Shown here: piece after piece, positions 17,273 through 24,518 of the stretch
Numbering within the stretch: position 1 is the stretch's first letter
Layout of the letters: every line of letters starts with the position of its first letter
NCBI GenBank assembly: GCA_004297655.1
Contig: SCUN01000054.1
Span: 1 to 42,895 of the forward strand
Length of the DNA stretch: 42,895 nucleotides
Direction of reading: 5' to 3'
DNA from: Acidobacteriota bacterium
GTDB taxonomy: Bacteria; Acidobacteriota; Vicinamibacteria; Vicinamibacterales; SCN-69-37
The notes under the pieces: model-generated
Database searches by the model: none
The model's input: only the letters and a program-made list of their open reading frames with translations
Told to the model about the DNA's origin: nothing
Made by a program: the position numbers and the translations under genes

Positions 17273-19753
17273 CTACTTGGCCTCCCTCGCGATGGTGATG
17301 CCGGCCTTCACTTCCGTGCCGGCGTCGGCGACGCGCTTCTTCCTCTTCGGATCGTTCGCGGCGCGGCCGTCGCCGCCTTCCCACGGCGGCGTGACCATCA
17401 GCGTCTCGGGCCACGGAATCGACGGGAACGAATCCGGCCCGTAACGCGCGGGCTTGCCCGCGGCTTTCGCGGTCAGCGCTTTCAGGATCTTCTCGGGCGT
17501 CACGGGAATCTCGTCGACGCGCACGCCGACGGCGTCGTACACGGCGTTGGCGACCGCCGGCATGATCGGCAGCAGCGGCCCCTGCCCGACTTCCTTCGCA
17601 CCGAACGGTCCGGCCGGATCCGGGTCTTCGATGAGATCCGTGAAGATGTTCGGCATGTCGAGGCTCGTGAGGCTCTTGTACTCGAGGATCGACGGGAACT
17701 TGTGCACGAGCGCGTTCGAGAGTTTCGCGGGCAGCCGGCGGAACGCCGACTCCTCCATCAACGCCTCGCCCAACCCCATGTAGACGCCGCCCTCGACCTG
17801 GCCGCGCACGAGCGTCGGGTTGAGCGCGCGGCCGATGTCATGGCCGATCCACACATTCGGCACGGTGAGCCAGCCCGTTTCCGGATCGACTTCCACTTCG
17901 ACGATCGCCGCGCTATACGAATACGTCGGCGTCGGTCCGACGCCGCCGCCCTTGTACCGCGCCGGCGGCTTCGGCGGCGTGTAGGAACCGGTCGTGCCGA
18001 TCGTGCCAAACTTCGCTTCGGCAAAGACAACAGCCTCCTGAAAACTACAGCTCTTCTCCGCGCCCTCCGCGTGAGAGACACGCCCGTCTGCGAAGACGAG
18101 TTGCTCTTTGGGAACGCTGAGCTTCTCCGCAACCGCCTCCGCGAGAAGATCCCTCGCGCGCTCCGCCGCCTGGATCGCGGCGTTGCCCATCATCAGAGTC
18201 ACTCGGCTCGAATACGACCCGAGATCGACGGGCGTGAGATCGGTGTCACCGGTGACGACACGAATGTCGAAGGTCTCGAGACCGAGGATCTCGGCCACGC
18301 ACGCGGCGAGCACGTCATCCGATCCCTGGCCGATTTCCGTCGCTCCGCAAAACGCGGTGACGCCGCCGCTTCTGTCGAGCTTCAGCTGCACGCCCGAGTG
18401 CGGCAGATCGTTCCAGTTGATCGGCAAACCGGCGCCGGAAAGATACGACGAGCACGCGATGCCGACGCCGCGCCCGTACGGCAGCTTTCTGAACTTGTTC
18501 TTCCAGTCGGACCGCGCGACCACCTTGCGAATGCACTCCGCGAGGCCGATCGTGCCGATCTTCATGAAGTTCGCCGTCAGGCTGTTGGGCGGCGCCACGA
18601 TGTTCAGCCGCATCTCGGCCGGATCGAGCTTCAGCGTCTCGGCGATCTTGTCGAGCTGCACTTCCTGGCCGAACCGCGCCTGCGGCGTGCCGTGCCCCCG
18701 CTTCGGCCCGCACGCCGGCTTGTTCGTGAACACGCGGCAGCCGCGGAAACGGTACGTGGGAATCTCGTACGTCACCGTCTGCAGCGCGCCCGTGTAGAAC
18801 GTGCTGGCTACGCCGTACGATCCGTAGGCGCCGCCGTCGAGCAGTGTCTCGAGATCGAGACCGGTGATCTTGCCGTCCTTCGTGACACCCGCGCGGAACT
18901 TCATCTGCACGGGATGCCGGCCGCGATGGCAGTAGAACACCTCCTCGCGGCTGAGCGTGATCTTGACCGGACGATCCAGCATCATCGCCGCTTTGGCGAC
19001 GACGATCTCGTGGTTGAAGGGATCGCTCTTGCCGCCGAAGCCGCCACCGTTGGGCGTCGCGATCACGCGGATGTGCGCGGCAGTCATCGCGAGCGTCTTC
19101 GCGAGCGCGCGATGGAGATAGTGCGGCGTCTGCGTGCTCGAGTAGACGACCAGCTTGCCGTCCGGATCCTTCAGCGCGACGGTCGCGTGCTGCTCCAGCG
19201 GCAGGTGCGTGCTGCCCTCGAAGAAGAACGTATCTTCGAAGATGTGATCCGCCTTCGCGATCGCCGCGTCGACGTCGCCGAACTGCATCGCCACGGCTTT
19301 GTGGATGTTCCCGTCATCGCCATATTCGTGAATACGCGGTTCAGGGTTCAGGAGACTCTCTTCAGGGGTGCCGAAGGTTCTTAGTAGTTCGTACTCGACT
19401 TCGATGAGCTTCGCCGCTTGATCGGCAATCGACTCCGTTCGCGCGATGACGGCGGCAACGGGATCGCCGACGTGGCGGACTTTGTCCTGACAGAGCGCAT
19501 GTTCGTCATGGCTGACCGGCAGGACGCCGTAAGGAATTGGAAATGTCGATCCGGTGAGCGTAAGCAGGACGCCAGGAAAGGCGTCGGCCTTCGACGTATC
19601 GATGCGCACGATCCGCGCATGCGGGTGTGGCGACCGCAGCAGCCGGCAATAGACCATGCGCGGCAGCGCGATGTCGTCGGCGAACTTCGTCTGTCCGGTG
19701 ACTTTCGCGCGGCCGTCGACGCGGCGGCGCGGGCGGCCAATGACACCGGCCAT
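17273..19753 (-). CDS. Molybdopterin-binding (large) subunit of a xanthine dehydrogenase-family enzyme (HcrA-like position)
   Basis: 826 aa starting from ATG 19753: MAGVIGRPRRRVDGRAKVTGQTKFADD..., GGGFGGKSD, GHGTPQ, GAKEVGQGPL. The ATG overlaps the small-subunit stop (TAATG). The ORF-track extension to 20125 is an out-of-frame overlap artefact. There is a roughly 60-aa C-terminal tail beyond TPEKILKAL. Confidence 0.9.
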   Translation of the reverse strand: MAGVIGRPRRRVDGRAKVTGQTKFADDIALPRMVYCRLLRSPHPHARIVRIDTSKADAFPGVLLTLTGSTFPIPYGVLPVSHDEHALCQDKVRHVGDPVAAVIARTESIADQAAKLIEVEYELLRTFGTPEESLLNPEPRIHEYGDDGNIHKAVAMQFGDVDAAIAKADHIFEDTFFFEGSTHLPLEQHATVALKDPDGKLVVYSSTQTPHYLHRALAKTLAMTAAHIRVIATPNGGGFGGKSDPFNHEIVVAKAAMMLDRPVKITLSREEVFYCHRGRHPVQMKFRAGVTKDGKITGLDLETLLDGGAYGSYGVASTFYTGALQTVTYEIPTYRFRGCRVFTNKPACGPKRGHGTPQARFGQEVQLDKIAETLKLDPAEMRLNIVAPPNSLTANFMKIGTIGLAECIRKVVARSDWKNKFRKLPYGRGVGIACSSYLSGAGLPINWNDLPHSGVQLKLDRSGGVTAFCGATEIGQGSDDVLAACVAEILGLETFDIRVVTGDTDLTPVDLGSYSSRVTLMMGNAAIQAAERARDLLAEAVAEKLSVPKEQLVFADGRVSHAEGAEKSCSFQEAVVFAEAKFGTIGTTGSYTPPKPPARYKGGGVGPTPTYSYSAAIVEVEVDPETGWLTVPNVWIGHDIGRALNPTLVRGQVEGGVYMGLGEALMEESAFRRLPAKLSNALVHKFPSILEYKSLTSLDMPNIFTDLIEDPDPAGPFGAKEVGQGPLLPIMPAVANAVYDAVGVRVDEIPVTPEKILKALTAKAAGKPARYGPDSFPSIPWPETLMVTPPWEGGDGRAANDPKRKKRVADAGTEVKAGITIAREAK

Positions 19754-20265
19754 TATTTTGTTGCGCGGGGCTGAAGCCCCGCGGCTACTTTCGTCTGGAG
19801 TTTCTGAACCGCGCTCTCGACGGCTTCCACAATCTGCAGGTAACCCGTGCAGCGGCAGAGGTTGCCGGAAAGCGCTTCCTTGATCTGTTCCCGCGTGGGG
19901 TTCGGCTCGCGATCGAGCAGTGCTTTCGCTGTGACGATGATGCCGGGCGAGCAGTAGCCGCACTGCGATCCGCCGAGATCGGCCATCGCGTCCTGCAGCG
20001 GATGCAGTTCGTCGCCGGCCGCGATGCCTTCGATCGTGGTAACGCTGCGTCCGCCGCATTCGACGGCGAGCGCCAGGCACGACAGCACCGGCTGGCCGTC
20101 GACGAGCACGGCGCACGCGCCGCACTCGCCCAGTTCGCAGCCGTGCTTGGTGCCGGTGAGTTGAAGGTCTTCGCGGAGGACTTCGAGCAGGGTCTTCGCC
20201 GGATCGACGAGGGCGTCAATCGGCTCGCCGTTGACGGAAAGCGACAGCCGGAATGAATTCGACAT
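19753..20265 (-). CDS. [2Fe-2S]-binding (small) subunit of a xanthine dehydrogenase-family enzyme (HcrC/CoxS-like)
   Basis: 170 aa: CELGECGACAV...SC (plant-type cluster) and CGYCSPG...CRCTGY (second cluster). The last roughly 12 codons are encoded by a REP-like hairpin. Confidence 0.92.
   Translation of the reverse strand: MSNSFRLSLSVNGEPIDALVDPAKTLLEVLREDLQLTGTKHGCELGECGACAVLVDGQPVLSCLALAVECGGRSVTTIEGIAAGDELHPLQDAMADLGGSQCGYCSPGIIVTAKALLDREPNPTREQIKEALSGNLCRCTGYLQIVEAVESAVQKLQTKVAAGLQPRATK
19764..19788 (-). repeat. REP-like GC hairpin (type 1), embedded in the small-subunit 3' coding end
   Basis: The minus strand reads GTAGCCGCGGGGCTTCAGCCCCGCG, identical over 25 nt to 41990-42014 on the plus strand. 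8-bp stem, 4-nt loop (19764-19783). Confidence 0.8.
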
Positions 20266-20277
20266 GCCGCGCGGGGG

Positions 20278-21228
20278 CTAGAACTCGACGTTGGACGGGT
20301 TTTGCGGCGGCGTGCCGATGGCCTTCGCGGCATTGGCCGCCGCGGAAGCCGCCTGTTCGCCGGCCGAAATCGCCTGAAGCTTGGCGCGCTCGATCGTCTG
20401 CTGCGACACCTTGCGAAGGTCCTTGGTGATGCGCACCCACGACAGCGCCTTCACGATCCACTTGGTCGGATCGAAGTGCCACGCGCGCACGCCGTTGCGG
20501 TAATCACCCGGAAACTGGTGATGGAAGTTGTGGTACCCCTCGCCGAGCGTGATGAGCGCGACGATGCCGTTGTCGCGGGCGGAGATGGCCTTGTTGTACG
20601 GCTTCCGGCCGAACATGTGCGCGAGCGAGTTGATCGAGAACGTCGAGTGGTACTGCACGACGAGCCGGATGAATCCGGCCCACAGCACCGCGCCGACCGG
20701 ATCGCCCCACGCCATGCCGATCGCCGCCGGCAGCACCGCGACCATCAGGACCGTCAGCGGGATGTAGTACTTGTGCTGGAACGCGACGAGCGGATCCTTG
20801 TAGAGATCGGCCACGTTGTCGAGGTTGCGCAGCGGGTCCTTGAACAGCACCCAGCCCACATGCGACCACCAGAAGCCCTTCATCGAGTTGTAGGGGTCTT
20901 CGTCTTCGTCCGTGTCGGCGTGATGGCGGCGGTGGTCCGACGACCAGTTGATCACCGAGTTCTGCACGCCGGCCGCGCCGAAGAGCAGGTAGAACAGCCG
21001 CAGCGGCCACGCCGCGCGATAGGTCTTGTGCGAAAAGAGGCGATGATAGCCGCCGGTGATCGAGAGCCCCGCGCACAGGAACCAGATCACCGCCAGGAGG
21101 ACGTTTTCCCAGACGATGCCGGCCCAGAACGAGTAGATCAGCGCGGCGGCCGCGACGACATGGGCGGTCGCGATGAAAATCGTGTTCACCCAGTCGATCT
21201 GGCGGTCTTCGGACGTTGCATGGTGCAT
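20278..21228 (-). CDS. Acyl-CoA (stearoyl-CoA type) delta-9 desaturase
   Basis: 316 aa. His boxes HRLFSH, HRRHH, HNFHHQFP. The WSHVGW and GEGYHN motifs are typical of the membrane delta-9 family. It lies 12 nt upstream of the small-subunit gene. Confidence 0.9.
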   Translation of the reverse strand: MHHATSEDRQIDWVNTIFIATAHVVAAAALIYSFWAGIVWENVLLAVIWFLCAGLSITGGYHRLFSHKTYRAAWPLRLFYLLFGAAGVQNSVINWSSDHRRHHADTDEDEDPYNSMKGFWWSHVGWVLFKDPLRNLDNVADLYKDPLVAFQHKYYIPLTVLMVAVLPAAIGMAWGDPVGAVLWAGFIRLVVQYHSTFSINSLAHMFGRKPYNKAISARDNGIVALITLGEGYHNFHHQFPGDYRNGVRAWHFDPTKWIVKALSWVRITKDLRKVSQQTIERAKLQAISAGEQAASAAANAAKAIGTPPQNPSNVEF

Positions 21229-21263
21229 AACCTTTAAATTGTCCCACGGTACGGGGCCGGGGG

Positions 21264-22640
21264 CTATCCCTTCCTGAGCAGGTGCCTTAAGTCGTGACGC
21301 CCCAACAGGCGGTAGAACGTCCGGCGGCTCACCCCAAGCGCGCGCGCGGCGCCCAGGCGGTTGCCCCCCGACCGGGCCAACGCCTCTTCGATGCGCTCGC
21401 GCGTGATCGACCGTTCGGCGGGCTCGGGCGGCGGCATCGAGCCCCCGGAAAACCGCACGTCGTGTTCTTCAATAGTTGAGCCGTGGGCCAGCATGGCGGC
21501 GCGTTCGATCACGTTCCGCAACTGGCGCACGTTGCCCGGCCAGGCTGACGTGACGAGGATCCGCTCCGCGGCCGGCGACAGCCCCGTGAGCGGCTTGTGC
21601 ATCCGCTCGCCGCATTCCTTGATGAACCGCGCGGCCAGCGTCGGAATGTCGTCCGGCCGGTCGCGAAGCGCGGGCACGTGCAGCTCCGCGATGTTCAGCC
21701 GGAAATACAGGTCGCTCCGAAATCGCCCGGCGCGCACCTCAGCCTCGAGATCGCGATTGGTCGCGGCGAGAATCGTCACGTCGACGCGCCGCGGCTCGAC
21801 GCTGCCGACGCGATACAGCTCGCCCGACTCGAGCACGCGCAGGAACTTTGCCTGCATCGCGAGCGACAGCTCGCCCACCTCGTCGAGAAACAACGTGCCG
21901 CCGTCGGCGCGCTCGATGAGACCCGGTTTCGCGTCCACCGCGCCGGTGAACGCGCCGCGCACGTGGCCGAACAGCTCCGACTCGACGATCGTCTCGGCGA
22001 CGGCCGCGCAGTTGATCGCGACGAACGGCTTCGCCGCGCGCCGCCCGCACTGATGCATCGCGCGCGCGACGAGTTCCTTCCCGACGCCCGTCTCCCCCGT
22101 GATCAACGACACCCGCGCGTACGGCGCCATGCGCCGGATCAGATCGAAGAGTTCGCGCATCGCCGCGCTGCGGCCGACCAGTCCCTGGAACGAGCTCTGC
22201 TCGGCGATCCGAAGTTCGAGGTCGGCGATCTGCTGATGACGCTCGAGGTCGGCGCGAATGCCGGCGAACCGATGCTCGAGATACTTGGTGTCGAGCGGCT
22301 TCTCGAGAAAATCGAGCGCGCCCAGCTTGATCGCCTCGAATCGCTCCTCGGTAATCTGCGTCGATCCCGTCATCAACATCGTCTTGCAGCTCGGCCAGCG
22401 CTCGCGAATCACCTGGAGCACGTTGAGACCATCGATGCCGGGCATGTTGAGGTCGACCATGACGACGTCGATGCCGCCGTGCTCGAGGCGCGCGAGGCCG
22501 GCCTCGCCCGACGACGCGGTTTCGACATCGAAGTTCCAGCGCGTGATGAATCGGCGCAGCACCGTGAGCACGCCGGGGTCATCGTCCACGACGAGCACGG
22601 TGGGTCGACGGACCTGCTGGGTATGTGCCACGTGCGCCAT
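21264..22640 (-). CDS. Sigma-54-dependent response regulator (NtrC family: receiver + AAA+ + Fis HTH)
   Basis: Receiver VLVVDDD...DLNMPGIDG, Walker A GETGVGKE, the GAFTGA motif, and C-terminal HTH AARALGVSRRTFYRLL. I chose ATG 22640 (MAHVAHTQQ...). The 17 extra codons up to 22691 have poor GC3 and cover the TGGCAC repeat region. Confidence 0.9.
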   Translation of the reverse strand: MAHVAHTQQVRRPTVLVVDDDPGVLTVLRRFITRWNFDVETASSGEAGLARLEHGGIDVVMVDLNMPGIDGLNVLQVIRERWPSCKTMLMTGSTQITEERFEAIKLGALDFLEKPLDTKYLEHRFAGIRADLERHQQIADLELRIAEQSSFQGLVGRSAAMRELFDLIRRMAPYARVSLITGETGVGKELVARAMHQCGRRAAKPFVAINCAAVAETIVESELFGHVRGAFTGAVDAKPGLIERADGGTLFLDEVGELSLAMQAKFLRVLESGELYRVGSVEPRRVDVTILAATNRDLEAEVRAGRFRSDLYFRLNIAELHVPALRDRPDDIPTLAARFIKECGERMHKPLTGLSPAAERILVTSAWPGNVRQLRNVIERAAMLAHGSTIEEHDVRFSGGSMPPPEPAERSITRERIEEALARSGGNRLGAARALGVSRRTFYRLLGRHDLRHLLRKG

Positions 22641-22662
22641 TGTGGCACGACTGGTGGCACAG

Positions 22663-22678
22663 TGGCACATGTCTGGCG
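22663..22678 (+). promoter_or_regulatory. Candidate sigma-54 (-24/-12) promoter for the CheY-like regulator / guaD operon
   Basis: TGGCACatgtcTGGCG has GG at 22664-5 and GC at 22676-7, the canonical spacing of TGGCAC-N5-TTGCW. It is one of five TGGCRC repeats (starts 22643, 22655, 22663, 22674, 22684). It lies about 75 nt upstream of ATG 22752. Confidence 0.45.
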
Positions 22679-22751
22679 CACTCTGGCGCATATTCCCTTG
22701 GGGAGCCCGTACGGCACGCGCCTTGCTCTATTGAAGGCGGAGACACGATTC

Positions 22752-23186
22752 ATGAGGCTTCCCAGTTTTCTGCAACCCGCGCCGCCCGCCGAGAAGCCGG
22801 CGGATGTTCAGCCCGCCCCAAAGGACAAGACCTGCGTGCTGCTCGTCGATGACGAGCCGGCGATCAGATCGCTCTTTGCCGCCTCGCTCCGGCGCGACGG
22901 CTACCACGTCGTCGAAGCCGGCGACGGCAAGGAAGCCGTCGAAGTCGCGAAGAAGGCCGAGCGGGTGGATCTCGTCGTGACCGACATCCGCATGCCGAAG
23001 ATGGACGGCGTCGCGATGGCCAACGCCCTGCGCGAGGCGCAGCCCGGCATTCGCATCGTGTTCGTGAGCGGCTATCCGATGGATCTCGACGCGCTCGGTC
23101 CGAACTCGACGCTGTTGAGCAAGCCGTTCCTGCGCGCCGACCTGATGAAGGCGGTGCACGATATTTCCGGGACCAGAACGACGTAA
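22752..23186 (+). CDS. Single-domain CheY-like response regulator with a short Pro/Ala-rich N-terminal leader
   Basis: 144 aa: VLLVDDEPAIRSL......DLVVTDIRMPKMDG......VFVSGY......LSKPF. It is the only real part of the 529-aa ORF 21597-23186. Confidence 0.85.
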   Translation: MRLPSFLQPAPPAEKPADVQPAPKDKTCVLLVDDEPAIRSLFAASLRRDGYHVVEAGDGKEAVEVAKKAERVDLVVTDIRMPKMDGVAMANALREAQPGIRIVFVSGYPMDLDALGPNSTLLSKPFLRADLMKAVHDISGTRTT

Positions 23187-23195
23187 CCTAACGGC

Positions 23196-24518
23196 GTGAG
23201 CATTCACGCCATCCGGGGGCGGCTGGTCTGGTTCACGGCCGACCCGTTCGTCGACGGCGCGCGATCGCTGCGCCACGAGGCCGACGGGATCGTCGCGATC
23301 GATGCCGGGCGCATTACCCGCGTCGGCCCGGCGGCGGAGATTTTCGCCCACCTCCCGGAGAATTGCCCAGTCACCCACTACCCCGGTTGCCTGATCTCGC
23401 CGGGATTCATCGACACGCACGTGCACTACGCGCAGACCGGCATCGTCGGCGCCCATGGCGCGCAACTGCTCGACTGGCTGACCGAGTACGCGTATCCCGC
23501 CGAGGCGGAGATGGCGGACCGGCCGAAGGCCGACGCGATGGCGCGCGCGTTCTGCGACGAGCTGATTCGCAACGGCACGACGACCGCGCTGGTGTTTTGC
23601 ACGGTCTTCCCCGAGTCGGTGGACGCGCTCTTCGAGGAAGCCGCACGGCGGAATCTGCGCCTCATCGGCGGCAAGGTGTTGATGGATCGAAATGCGCCGG
23701 CCGCGCTTCTCGACACGGCGCGGTCGTCGTACGACCAGTCGAAGGCGCTGATTAAGAAATGGCACGGCCGCGGCCGCGCGAGTTATGCGATCACGCCGCG
23801 GTTTGCGCCGACATCAACACCCGAGCAACTCGAACTGGCGGGCGCGCTGTGGGCCGAGCATCCCGATGTGTACGTGCACAGCCATTTGTCTGAAAATGCC
23901 GCCGAGTGCGCCTGGGTGCGCGAGCTATTCCCGGATAGCGACCGCTATATAGATGTGTACGAATCATTCGGGCTGACGGGGCGGCGCGCGGTGTACGCGC
24001 ACGGTGTTCACCTGGCCGACGAGGACTTCGCGCTCTGCCATCACACCGGCACGGCGCTCGCGCACTGCCCCACCTCGAATCTCTTCCTCGGCAGCGGCCT
24101 CTTCAATCTCGGCGCGGCGACGCGCGCGGACCGGCGCGTGCATGTGGGGCTGGGGACGGACATCGGCGCCGGCACCAGCTTTTCGATCCTGGCCACGCTC
24201 AACGAAGCCTACAAAGTGGCGCAGATGACGGGGAGCGCGCTCGACGGCGTCCACGGCTGGTACCTGGCGACGCGAGGCGCCGCGGAGGCGCTCGATCTGG
24301 CCGGCACAATCGGTTCGCTCGAACCGGGCTGCGAGGCCGACATGGTCGTAGTCGATCCTCAGGCGACGCCGTTGCTCAAGCTCCGCGCGGAGCGGTGCCA
24401 ATCAATCGAAGAGCTGTTGTTCGTACTGATGACGCTCGGCGACGATCGCGCGATCCGCGCGACGTATGTTGCCGGGGCTAAAGCCCCGGCCTACGTCACC
24501 ACTTCCAATCCGCAATAA
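23196..24518 (+). CDS. guaD: Guanine deaminase
   Basis: 440 aa: PGFIDTHVHYAQ, ITPRFAPTST, HSHLSEN..E, HCPTSN.FLGSG, LGTDIGAG is the amidohydrolase/guanine deaminase signature. GTG start 9 nt after the regulator's stop. The last roughly 13 codons read through a REP-like hairpin and overlap the convergent gene by 23 nt. Confidence 0.9.
   Translation: MSIHAIRGRLVWFTADPFVDGARSLRHEADGIVAIDAGRITRVGPAAEIFAHLPENCPVTHYPGCLISPGFIDTHVHYAQTGIVGAHGAQLLDWLTEYAYPAEAEMADRPKADAMARAFCDELIRNGTTTALVFCTVFPESVDALFEEAARRNLRLIGGKVLMDRNAPAALLDTARSSYDQSKALIKKWHGRGRASYAITPRFAPTSTPEQLELAGALWAEHPDVYVHSHLSENAAECAWVRELFPDSDRYIDVYESFGLTGRRAVYAHGVHLADEDFALCHHTGTALAHCPTSNLFLGSGLFNLGAATRADRRVHVGLGTDIGAGTSFSILATLNEAYKVAQMTGSALDGVHGWYLATRGAAEALDLAGTIGSLEPGCEADMVVVDPQATPLLKLRAERCQSIEELLFVLMTLGDDRAIRATYVAGAKAPAYVTTSNPQ
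24471..24499 (+). repeat. REP-like GC hairpin (type 2: GCCGGGGCTaaAGCCCCGGC + CTACGTCAC)
   Basis: 9-bp stem at 24471-24490 followed by CTACGTCAC, the same tail as at 42042-42050. Confidence 0.75.

Noticed and set aside
17249-19384. 711-aa ORF on the plus strand, antisense to the molybdopterin subunit gene. Many similar long antisense or out-of-frame ORFs appear in the track, e.g. 33-641, 2917-4080, 3251-4825, 8168-9178, 8838-9872, 10142-11281, 22728-23765, 24466-25872, 25584-26603, 29690-31255, 33739-34692, 35247-36572, 38236-39426, 38745-40184.
   Set aside because: Their translations are Arg/Asp/Gly/His-rich low-complexity strings with no recognisable motifs. Each overlaps a gene with clear family signatures and strong GC3 bias on the other strand or frame. 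Such ORFs are the expected by-product of stop-codon-poor high-GC DNA.
21229-21263. Possible sigma-54 promoter (TGGGAC...) in the 35-nt gap upstream of the delta-9 desaturase.
   Set aside because: No GC dinucleotide occurs at the required -12 spacing, and the element would sit only about 10 nt from the ATG.
22641-22691. Seventeen extra N-terminal codons of the sigma-54 activator (MRQSAPDMCHCATSRAT).
   Set aside because: GC3 is poor compared with the rest of the gene, and Cys/His-rich nonsense is produced by the TGGCAC repeats. The receiver domain starts a normal distance after ATG 22640. This remains uncertain without homologue alignment.
21597-22751. Upstream 385 codons of the 529-aa ORF 21597-23186.
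   Set aside because: This part is antisense to the sigma-54 activator gene. Only the last 144 codons (from ATG 22752) encode a recognisable receiver domain.
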